Source of the DNA: Candidatus Latescibacterota bacterium
Lineage (GTDB): Bacteria; Latescibacterota; UBA2968; UBA8231
NCBI GenBank assembly: GCA_965197905.1
Contig: CBDAOB010000003.1
Coordinates: 672,001-736,000, forward strand
Length of the DNA: 64,000 bases
Reading direction: 5' to 3'
Both the position numbers and the translations under genes were made by a program. This document shows positions 11,568 through 21,100 of the stretch, one piece after another; position 1 is the first letter of the stretch, and the number at the start of each line of letters is the position of its first letter. The notes under the pieces are model-generated. The model did not search any database and was not told the DNA's origin. It saw only the letters and a list, made by a program, of their open reading frames with translations.

Positions 11568-11612
11568 TCGTCACAACCACTTTCGACACCAGCCAACAGG
11601 GGATCTAGGAAA

Positions 11613-12506
11613 ATGTTAGAAATGACCGAACGGCAGAAGTTTCTCTTCGACCTGCAAGGCTTTCTGCAGGTCAAAGGGGTTCTGAGTGCCGACGAAGTAA
11701 AGGCGCTGAACGACGCGATAGATGCTCACATTGGGGACGAGAATGCGGAGGACCATTTTTCCAAGGGCGCTCCCTATGGCGGCGGCATGGACGGCGACTA
11801 CAGTGGCAGTGGGTGTAGCGGGATGCTCACCTGGGAGAAACCCTATTGTCTGCCGTTTCGCGAGCTGATAGCTCATCCTCACGTCATCCCCTACCTTAAC
11901 TCCATTTTCGGCCGCGGCTGGCGCATGGATCACCTGCCGTTCGTCAAGACTGCGCGCAAGGGCACCGGCGGCCATGGTCTTCACGGTGCCACCAGTATCG
12001 CTTTCGATGGCGGCCAGATGTACAACTACACCAACGGTGAAATCCGCACCGGCATGGCCGTTTTCCAGTTTCAGCTGGCGGATATCAATCCCGGAGATGG
12101 GGGCATTGCGGTCATTCCTGGCAGCCACAAGTCGAACTTCCATTGCCCGCATGATATCCTGCTCTACGAGAACGATCATCAGGTGGTGCGCAATGTAGAA
12201 GGCAAGGCGGGGGATCTGGTGATCTTTCTCGAAGCTACCATCCACGGCGCTTTGCCGTGGACCGCGGATCACCATCGCCGTTCGCTGTTTTATCGCTACA
12301 GCCCGAAATACGTCAACTTCCACTCCGATTACATCGAGACGAAACTCCCAGATTGGGTGGACGAGCTGACGGACGTACAGAAGGCGGTGGTGCAGCCACC
12401 CTACGTCTACGAACGGCCCATGCTGGAGGATGACGGCGTCACCCTGGTCTACCCCCAGGAGGAGCCGGATCCCCAGAACCGACCTCAAAAGAAAGTGCCG
12501 CGCTGA
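11613..12506 (+). CDS. PhyH family Fe(II)/2OG enzyme, tandem paralog of 10686-11567
   Basis: Same motifs (FDLQGFL, PGSHK, ATIHG, RRS), visibly collinear with the upstream gene. Confidence 0.85.
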   Translation: MLEMTERQKFLFDLQGFLQVKGVLSADEVKALNDAIDAHIGDENAEDHFSKGAPYGGGMDGDYSGSGCSGMLTWEKPYCLPFRELIAHPHVIPYLNSIFGRGWRMDHLPFVKTARKGTGGHGLHGATSIAFDGGQMYNYTNGEIRTGMAVFQFQLADINPGDGGIAVIPGSHKSNFHCPHDILLYENDHQVVRNVEGKAGDLVIFLEATIHGALPWTADHHRRSLFYRYSPKYVNFHSDYIETKLPDWVDELTDVQKAVVQPPYVYERPMLEDDGVTLVYPQEEPDPQNRPQKKVPR

Positions 12507-12580
12507 TCGACGCCGCGGCCACTTCCGCGGGGCTCCCTCCGATCATTGCGAAGACGGCACCTGCCGCTTTCACCTTCGCA

Positions 12581-13432
12581 ATGATCGGCTGGATCTTCGT
12601 TGTGGCCTCCGGCTGTACCACCATCGAGTCGCGCAACGGTCCGGCTGCGGCCGCTGACGGCACCGGTCCGTTCTCCCACGAACTGTTGGATCGCCTGCTG
12701 TCCCGGGTCGTCGACGATGAGGGCCGAGTGGATTACGCCTCTCTCAAGCGAGAACCGCGCGAGTTGGACGCTTACTACCGCTTATTGAGTCAGGTAAGTC
12801 CGGACAGTCATCCGCAGCGCTTCCCCCATCACAACGATCGTCTGGCCTACTGGATCAATGCCTACAACGCCGCGGTGTTGCGTACGGTGCAGGAGTATTA
12901 TCCGATTACGACTGTCGGAGAGGTCAAACCTCCGTGGCTGTTCTTCGTCATGCCGGATCGCTCGGGGTTTTTCTACTTCCAGCGACCGATATTCGGGGGC
13001 GAGAAGATCAGTCTATACGATCTGGAACATGACATCGTACGGGCGCGCTTCGGTGATGCCCGCATTCATTTCGCGCTGAATTGCGCCTCGGGCGGCTGTC
13101 CCAATCTGCCTCAACAGGCATTTCGAAGCGCGGAGCTGGACGACCAGCTCGATCGCGAAGCGCGCCGGTTCGTGAGCGAAAGGCGCAACGTGTATGTCGA
13201 TGATGGGAAAAAGGAGATTCGGCTGTCCGCCATATTTGAGTGGTACGAAGAGGATTTCGAGGCTGAGATCGACACTCCGATCGACAAGGAGCACGGCGCC
13301 GTTCTTGAGTATATAGCCGGGTACCTACCGCCAGCCACAGCTAGTCAGTTGCGGGTAGTCTCCACGAAGTACTCCGTGGTGTTCACCCCATACGACTGGT
13401 CCCTCAACGATCGGCAACTGTCGCCTCCTTAG
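12581..13432 (+). CDS. DUF547 domain protein, probable lipoprotein (true start may be further upstream)
   Basis: GRVDY, LAYWINAYNA, RIHFALNCAS.GCP, LSAIFEWY.EDF and YDWSLN motifs. Lipobox-like ASGC. Confidence 0.88.
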   Translation: MIGWIFVVASGCTTIESRNGPAAAADGTGPFSHELLDRLLSRVVDDEGRVDYASLKREPRELDAYYRLLSQVSPDSHPQRFPHHNDRLAYWINAYNAAVLRTVQEYYPITTVGEVKPPWLFFVMPDRSGFFYFQRPIFGGEKISLYDLEHDIVRARFGDARIHFALNCASGGCPNLPQQAFRSAELDDQLDREARRFVSERRNVYVDDGKKEIRLSAIFEWYEEDFEAEIDTPIDKEHGAVLEYIAGYLPPATASQLRVVSTKYSVVFTPYDWSLNDRQLSPP

Positions 13433-14766
13433 CAGCTCGACTCCCCGCCAAGCTCGTCACATCTCTTGCTGGTGCCGACCGCAGCCGGCGCTGGTTCAGC
13501 TGCCGGCGCAGCGAGGTCGCGTTCACCTCACACATGGAAACCAGCTCGCCATCCACCGGGACCCGGAAAACGCAGCTTTGCAGCCGCTCCTTGCCCCGGG
13601 GAGTTTCCATTTCGTCGGCATCCATGAAACTGTGCACTACCACCAGCAATGGTCGTACTCGGGGCAGGCCGAAGGGACGGCGAAGCTGGCGCCACAAGAG
13701 GGTTGGCTGCCCCCACAAGCGATAGAAGGCATACAACGGAAGCTCCGCCAATAGCAACGGCCGGCGCCACAGCGATTTGAACAAAGCCCATAGATTACCG
13801 CCGATACCACCCGCGGAATCGCCGCACTCCGCCAGCAGCTCCAGCAGGTTTCGAAAGAAACGTAGATCCCACTTCCTATCGCGGCGCACCGCCTCCACTA
13901 TCTCCAGCTCCCCTCCCTGCTCCACCACCAGAAGAGGTACGGTGATGTTGCATTCCCGGTGCCCGAAATGCATGGCGTCGCGATTGAGTGACTTGCCGGC
14001 TCCGGCGCATACCTCTTGCCACACCCGGTCCATGATCGAAGTCCCTGGCGCAGCCCTGTCCGTGGTTCGACCCACTTCCGCGACCGGAAGAAAACTGATG
14101 ATGCGAAAGCGGGCGGCGTTCCGCAGCGCCCAGCACATGACGTCCGCAACACCAGACAGATTGTCGGCGGTCACGGTGACGGTCTGCGCGGCGTGCAGCG
14201 GTTTTCCCGTCTCCCTGCGCACCGTGTCCACCAATTTTGCAAAGCGTTCTCGGAGGGGATGGACATCGGCGCTCGGAGGTGCCCGGCACCAGCCCCGGCC
14301 GGCCCTGTTGCGTCGTGTCGATATGGAAACTGGCTTTGCGCAGCCCGTACCGCCTGACCAGCTCCAGAAGATAGTCCGGTTTTTGCAGAAACCGCTGACC
14401 ATTGGTCATGACCATGGGGTCCAAACCGATTCCGAGCGCGTAGGCAATGATGTTGCCCAGCTGCTCCACCGGGAGCAGGGTTACTTCCCCGGACGTGATT
14501 TGGACCTTGCCGCCATAGCCCAGGTATTGTCGCAGGGCATCGAGCTGCGCTTTGGCTTCCTCGAAGGGCGCAGGAGTCGTGTCGTTGGCAAACTCGCTTA
14601 GATAACAACTGGTGCAGGAGAAGTTGCAGCGTTCCATCAGGCTGTGGGTGGCACCGCAGGCGACCGCGCCGACGCCGGCCAGCTGCTGCGGCGAGCGCAC
14701 CCCCTCGGGAAGCTCCTGCCACTTAGTGTCGAGAAGGGTCTTGAGATCGGCGAAGCCGTACGGCAT
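13404..14766 (-). CDS. Radical SAM protein, split by a single-base frameshift near 14271
   Basis: CNFSCTSC (CxxxCxxC), ITSGEVT and TNG in ORF 13876-14838 (likely start MPYG at 14766). The frame switches at TSE/ADVHPLRERF into ORF 13404-14402. Confidence 0.8.
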
Positions 14767-14771
14767 CGTGG

Positions 14772-15850
14772 TCACGGAAAGTCCAGGTCCCGGGCACATC
14801 GAAAACCGATTGAGGTGGTTGCTCGTACCGGCAACCACGCTATCCGTCGAGTCGCCAAGGATGACTGCGCCCGCGATGGCGTCCAGGTCCAGTTCCCTCC
14901 CCGAACAACGCGAAGCCCGGCACCTACCGGCTCATCCGGGCCGGCAGGATTCTCCGTCGGGCTTCTACGGTAATATTCCGTCTCGAACCAATCCTGCACC
15001 CATTCGCTCACGTTGCCGCCGAAGTCCCGCACCCCGTCCGGCGTGGCGTCTCCGACAAAACTTCCCACCGGCGCTGTGTTCAAGTAGTCATCTTCGTCGG
15101 CGGCAATGTTGGCATCTCCCGCTACATACTCCTCGCCCCACGGAAAGGGGCGACCGTCCTTGCCGCGGGCCGCTTTCTCCCACTCCGCCTCCGTAGGCAA
15201 TCGATCGCCGCGCCAAGCGCAGTAGGCCTGTGCATCTTCCCACCACACTCCAACCACGGGATGATCTCGGAACCCAGGGGGAGACTCGGCACCGATCCAT
15301 TCGTTCCAGGAGGCAAGCCCGTCGTCGACCTTGGGAACGCGCCAAGATCTCATACGCAGGAAAGCCGAATACTGGCCGTTGGCAACCTCGTAGGAGTCTA
15401 TGTAGAACGGATCGAGGGTGACATCGTGGGCGGGCCGTTCCTCACTCGCCCCTTCATCGTTGCCCATGGTAAATTCCCCGCCTTCGATCAGGATCATCTG
15501 GTGAGTGGTTCCGGCGGGCGTGGTGATGTCGATGGTGGCAATGTCCGCCTCGATAAAACGACCGAACGAGTCGGCGAAGAGAAAAAGAGATCGTCGAAGT
15601 CGACGCGGCCGTTGCTATCCAGATCGAAATTCTCCGCCTCGGTTCCCGCGACGCCGAATGCCCCCACGTACTGAAAAAAATCCTCGAATCCGACGATGCT
15701 GTTGCCGCTGAAGTCGGCACGGATCACGGCCTCCGGCACGACACCGGGTTCGAGCTCGCCCAAGGGGTCCTGAGCGTACAGGTCCGTCGAGGCAGCTACT
15801 CTGAGCATGCCTGTTGTGAGAAACATCTGCAGCACGCGTTTTGCGATCAT
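14772..15850 (-). CDS. Secreted EF-hand/dockerin-like plus SUMF1/FGE-sulfatase-like domain protein, frameshift at a T-run near 15585
   Basis: Signal-like N-terminus, ADFSGNSIVGFEDFF...DLDSNGRVDFDD. After the shift the frame reads LFADSFGRFIEAD...HQMILIEGGEFTMG, with RLPTEAEWEKAARG, GNVSEW and GFRC. The catalytic Cys motif of true FGE is absent. Confidence 0.8.
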
Positions 15851-15983
15851 GACAGAAAATCAGGGGAATCGAGGCACAGGCACAAAACTCGGTGGCGGAC
15901 TAGCTGCCTGTCAAAGGAGTGTTGATCCGAGTCCCCGTGGATCGTATGCTAGAGCGTTCGCAGACCCGGGAGACAACGGTAGG

Positions 15984-17348
15984 ATGAAGAAATCGCCGGA
16001 TAAGATTCGTCTACACTTGCAGGGGCGCGCGTGGTGGCCAGTACTGTTAATACTTATCGGCACGGCTCAAGCGCACACCTGGCTTCAGATCGAGGCCACT
16101 GGCTCCGAGACGCCCCCGCCGCGAACCTTCGCCGCCGCCATCCACGATCCGCGCGGCGAGCGTATGATCCTTTTCGCGGGACGGGGCCCGGATGGAGACT
16201 TGAACGACCTGTGGTCCCTGAATCTGCAACAGCTAGAAAGCGGCGCTCGTTGGACGCGCCTCGAGACCACTGACGATGCCGTGCCGGCGGCTCGATTCAC
16301 CCACAATGCCGTCTACGATCCGGAAGCCCATCGGATGCTGGTATGGTCGGGTCGCAAGGTGGATTCCGCCGGATCCGCCTTCTTTAACGATGTCTGGGCC
16401 TACGATATCGAGTCGAGCACCTGGACCGAGCTGGAAGCGGAAGAGCCCCAGCCCAATACCCGCTACGGAACCGCCGCGGTCTTCGATCCAGTGGCCGGCA
16501 CCCTGGTCACCTTTGCCGGTTTCACTGCTGCCGGCCGTTTCGAGGATACCTGGCGCTTCGATCCCAGATCGGCCGCCTGGACCGAAATCTCACCTGAAGA
16601 AGGGAATCCGGGGCGCCGTTGTCTGCACTCGGCCTCCTACGACGCAACGCGACACCGCATGCTTATCTACGGGGGTCAGCCCGGTCCCCTGGATGATCTC
16701 TGGGCTCTGGATCTTGCCACTCAGCAATGGTCCGAGTTCACGCCCCCGGAGCGACCGGACGGCCGGTTCTATGCCTCCAACCTCTACGATGCCGGCAACG
16801 ACCGGGTGCTAATCTTCGGCGGCAACCTGGGATCCCCCGGGTTGACCAACGAGGTTTGGAGCTTCGACCTGAAGCTGGAGACATGGGCGCTACTGGAGCC
16901 GATGGGAGATCTGCCCGCGCCGCGGGAGGGTGCGACTGCAATTTTTCTGGAAGAACAGGGCAAGATGGTTGTCTTTGGAGGCACGACCGATACCCATACC
17001 AACGAGCTCTGGGTCCTCGACGGGCTGTCCGCGACAACCGCCGTTGCCGAGTCCGGCGAGGCGGGCCAACCGCAACAATCTGTATTGCACCAGAACTACC
17101 CCAATCCGTTCAACGCCAGCACCGCCATCGCCTTCGATCTGTCGGAGCAAGCGAAGGTCAGCCTGACCGTGTACGACCTGTTGGGCCGTAAGGTTCGCAA
17201 CCTGGTAACCGGGATCAGAAACCCGGGACGGCAAGAGATCCTGTGGGACGGCACTGACGATACCGGGCAACCGATGAGCTCAGGCACCTACATATACGAG
17301 CTGAAGACGACCCAATCTAGCTACCGCAAGCTTCTCATTCTCCGGTAG
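15984..17348 (+). CDS. Secreted kelch-repeat beta-propeller protein with FlgD-Ig/T9SS-like C-terminal sorting domain
   Basis: Signal peptide, about six FGG...ND(L/V)W repeats and terminal QNYPNPFN...SSGTYIY...KLLILR. Confidence 0.85.
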   Translation: MKKSPDKIRLHLQGRAWWPVLLILIGTAQAHTWLQIEATGSETPPPRTFAAAIHDPRGERMILFAGRGPDGDLNDLWSLNLQQLESGARWTRLETTDDAVPAARFTHNAVYDPEAHRMLVWSGRKVDSAGSAFFNDVWAYDIESSTWTELEAEEPQPNTRYGTAAVFDPVAGTLVTFAGFTAAGRFEDTWRFDPRSAAWTEISPEEGNPGRRCLHSASYDATRHRMLIYGGQPGPLDDLWALDLATQQWSEFTPPERPDGRFYASNLYDAGNDRVLIFGGNLGSPGLTNEVWSFDLKLETWALLEPMGDLPAPREGATAIFLEEQGKMVVFGGTTDTHTNELWVLDGLSATTAVAESGEAGQPQQSVLHQNYPNPFNASTAIAFDLSEQAKVSLTVYDLLGRKVRNLVTGIRNPGRQEILWDGTDDTGQPMSSGTYIYELKTTQSSYRKLLILR

Positions 17349-17392
17349 CCTCCTGAGATTATCCGCTGGAGTTACACAACGGGAGTACACAA

Positions 17393-18115
17393 ATGTTTGG
17401 CGAGATTCGCAACGACCAGGGTAAACGCCTGGACTATGCCTACCATGAGGGCGCCGAAGGAAAGCTGGTCTTGATAGGTCACGGCGTCACTGGCAACAAG
17501 GACCGGCCCTTTGTCGTCGCTCTGGCGGAGGGGTTGAGCGCCGCCGGCATAGCCGTGCTTCGGTTCTCCTTTTCCGGAAACGGCGAGTCAGAAGGTCGCT
17601 TCGTCGATTCCACCATTACCAAAGAGGTGACCGATCTCAGGGCGGTGATCGACGCCGTCGGCGATCGGCGACTCTGTTATGTGGGGCACAGCATGGGCGG
17701 CGCGGTGGGTGTAATCGCAGCCAGTCAGGAACACCAGATCCGCTTTCTGGTCTCGCTGGCGGGCATGGTGCACACTCGCGCATTCGCCGCCCGCGAGTTC
17801 GGCGACGTCACGCCGGACGACGGCTGTATGTGGGACGAGCCGGACTGTCCCCTGTCCAGCACCTACATGAACGACATGAACCAGCTCGACAGCGTTGTAG
17901 AGCTGGGCGCGAAGATGATGGTACCCTGGCTGTTGGTGCACGGCACCGACGACGACGTCGTACCGATCCAGGATTCACGAGACATCATCGGCCGAACCAG
18001 CGCACCCACCGAGCTCTTCGAAATCCCCAACGGGGATCACGTCTTCAACGACGACGCCATGCCGCCTATGGTGAACAAGGTGGTGGAGTGGACCAAAACT
18101 CAGTTTCAGGTGTGA
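17393..18115 (+). CDS. Alpha/beta fold hydrolase
   Basis: GHSMGG nucleophile elbow, HGTDDDVV and GDH. Confidence 0.9.
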   Translation: MFGEIRNDQGKRLDYAYHEGAEGKLVLIGHGVTGNKDRPFVVALAEGLSAAGIAVLRFSFSGNGESEGRFVDSTITKEVTDLRAVIDAVGDRRLCYVGHSMGGAVGVIAASQEHQIRFLVSLAGMVHTRAFAAREFGDVTPDDGCMWDEPDCPLSSTYMNDMNQLDSVVELGAKMMVPWLLVHGTDDDVVPIQDSRDIIGRTSAPTELFEIPNGDHVFNDDAMPPMVNKVVEWTKTQFQV

Positions 18116-18134
18116 GTAGCGCTCGGGCCGGCCG

Positions 18135-21100
18135 TTACCTCAGCAGCAGCAGCTTGCGTGTCTGCACGAAGCTCGTCGTGTTGAGCCTGACCAGGTATAC
18201 ACCGCTGGCCACCCATTCACCGGCGTCATCCGCTCCGTCCCACGCAATCTGTTGGAAACCGGGCTGCCAGTCCCGCAGGTTCCATTGGCGCACGATCTGA
18301 CCCAGCACGTTGTAGAGTGTCAGACGAGCCTGCTCACCATGTCTGCCTTCAGGAATGCCGACCGGGATCAGCGTTGAAGGGTTGAACGGGTTGGGATAGT
18401 TCGGATACAGCGCGAACGATCGGGGCAACACCTTCGCGCGGCCCACCGTTTCCACCTTCCAGGCGCGGCCGGCGCCGCGGCCGAGGTATCCTTCCTGAAC
18501 CTGGAGCTCCACATTCCGCGGCGGGCCTTCGAGGGCAAAGAGCAGCTCGATCTCCACACTCTCGCTCAGTTCCACCGCGGATACCCGACCTTGCAAGTGA
18601 TCCGCGACATGTAAGAGATCATCGGTTTCGAGCACTAGTGGCAACCGACGATCCGGCCTGCCGAGCACCGCGGCGGAATCGACGCGGCCGACGTAGCGCA
18701 GGATGGGTGGATCGGCGAATATGGACAGACCGTAACCACTCAACCGCGGTACCCCGGAAATGCGCATTGTGACTCTCACCTGACCACCCGTGGCCTCTGC
18801 CAGCAGGTCGATGTTCGACCCTTCTGCCACCTCCGCACCCTGTGAGAAGAGCAGCTTACTCGCCACCTGGGTACCGAACTTCTGCTTGAGTTGGTAGAGA
18901 TCGCCGCTGCCAACATTGCCGTCACGATCGAGGTCGAGAACCGGATCGCCGCTGCCGAACCCGTTGGCCAGAATGAAAAAGTCGGAGAAGGAGACGGTCC
19001 CATCGCCGTCGAAGTCCTCCGAGGTCAGAGGCACAACGGCCTGGTTCGGCCGCAGCCGCACAGGGCGACTCCACGGCCCATCAAAGGGACCGTAGGAGGC
19101 CCGCGCCCGCCACCAATAGCGTTCCGTGGGTATGAGCCGTTTGGCAACACGCCAGCGAGTCGAACCGCCGAAACCCTCGGCGATGTTACCCCCGCACGTG
19201 ACGATATCGCGAAACGAGCTGTTGGTGGAGACCTGCACGGTGTAGGTCAGGACATCCTCGGCCTTCACCGGCACCGCATTCTCGATCACCAGGATCGGGC
19301 GACCGGCCGTAGCCCCTTGTTCCAGCCCGAGGATCGCCGGAGCGCCTGGCACATTCGCCTCTTTCGGCGAGCCTTCGGCGATCTCGCTAAGCGCACTCTC
19401 ATTGGGCGGGTTCTCATGATCCTGAGCGGTGACCCGATACCGATAGAGTACTCCTTCTTCCAGATTCTCATCGAGAAAACGCGGTTCCTCCAGCTGTGTC
19501 GCCACCGGTTCGAAGCTTCCTGACTCGTTCTCCCGGTAGACTGAGTAGGCGCCCAGATCTTCTTCTGCGCTCGCCGTCCACTCCAGAAGGATTGAGCTGA
19601 AGCCGGCCATGAGCTGCAGACCGGAAGGGGCCGCCGGCGGTTCGAGATCCGGCTCCTCAAGGGTCGTGAATTCGGTTACCGCGGTAACGGTGGGACCGTT
19701 GTCGGCACGATCGGCAGAGCCGACGCGGAAGAAATACGTTCTATCCGGCTCCAGGTTGGTCAGCATCACCTTGTGCTCGAAACCGTACTGGGGTGAGCCA
19801 ACCACCAGTCCCAGGTACGGCGTGACATGGTAGTCGACGTAGGAATCCGCCAGCTCGTCGGTGGTCCAGACGATGGAAGCAGTGCGATCGGTAATCGCTT
19901 CGACCTCCGGGCCGTCGACGATGCGCGGCGGCTCGAGGTCGGGCTCGGCATCGGTCGCGACCCGGAGCAGAAACGGCTCGGGGGTTTCGTTCTGACTGGC
20001 GTCGTTGACGAAGATCGAAAGATCGTACTCGGTGTCGACCTCCAGGTTGGCGACCGTGATCAGCTGCGTCGTTTGGCGTCGCTCCACCTGGCGGGTGAAC
20101 ATCTCGCCGTTGGGGGCTTCGAACTCGATCCGCGCCGCGGCCGCTTCGTCGGTACGCCAGGATAGCGCGATCTCGTCGTCGGTGCTGGCAGCCACTGACG
20201 GATCCTCGACGAAACGGGGCGGCACCAGGTCGACCTCGGCGGCGGTGGAAGCCACCGCGACAGTACTCTCCGTGGCACCATTCCCTGAAGGATCGGTAGA
20301 CTGGATCTTATAATGGTACCGGCTACCCGGTTCCAGGTTGGTGAGTGTGACGGCATGTTGCGTGACATCCTGGGCCAATCCCACAACCTCACCCAGCTGA
20401 TCGGTGGAACCGTAGAGCACGAAGCTGTCGGAAAGCTCATCGGTGTCCCAGGAAATGGTGAGGCTGTTTGCCGTCTTTTCCCGCACCCGAGGTCCGTCGA
20501 CGATCAACGGCAATTGACTGTCCGCAACGTTCTCGGTTACGAAGAAGCCGGCTCCTCCCGGCGGCTGTAGAATCTTCGCAGATCCCTCCACCGGTTTCAT
20601 CGGTCCGTCCAGGGAGCCCCAGGTCAGCTTATTTCCTGCCTGGTCCTGGGCGGTGATCAAAAAGCGATACGCGGTGCGCGGCGTGAGGCCGGTGGCGGTC
20701 AGACTGTGGTCCCGTACCAGCTCGTTGTCCTCGACAAAATTGCGCTCGCCGCCGCCGCGCCAGTCGATCCTGGAAGCAGCGCGTTCGTTGGTCCCCCACG
20801 CCACCACGGCGGTGCTGTTGGTCCAGGTGACGGTGGGATTGATCGAGAAGGTTGGGGGATCGACGTCGCGGCTGCCACGGGTAGTAAACTGATGATCGCG
20901 ACTGAACAGCTCAGTACCATTGGGATCGGTGGTGACGCTGTTCGACGACAGATCCTTGCTGGTGACGATGATGTGGTAGCTGGTGCCCGGCAGCAGATCC
21001 GCCAGGGTCAACCGGTGTTGCTGCACCAGATCGCCGCGTTCGACCCTTCCGAGAGTTTCGACGGTTTGAGTGGTCGCGGTGACCTTCGCAGCGGCCACCT

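Noticed and set aside
14772..15497. Formylglycine-generating enzyme activating the nearby sulfatase
   Set aside because: It lacks the catalytic Cys pair after RGG and appears secreted and fused to a dockerin-like module.
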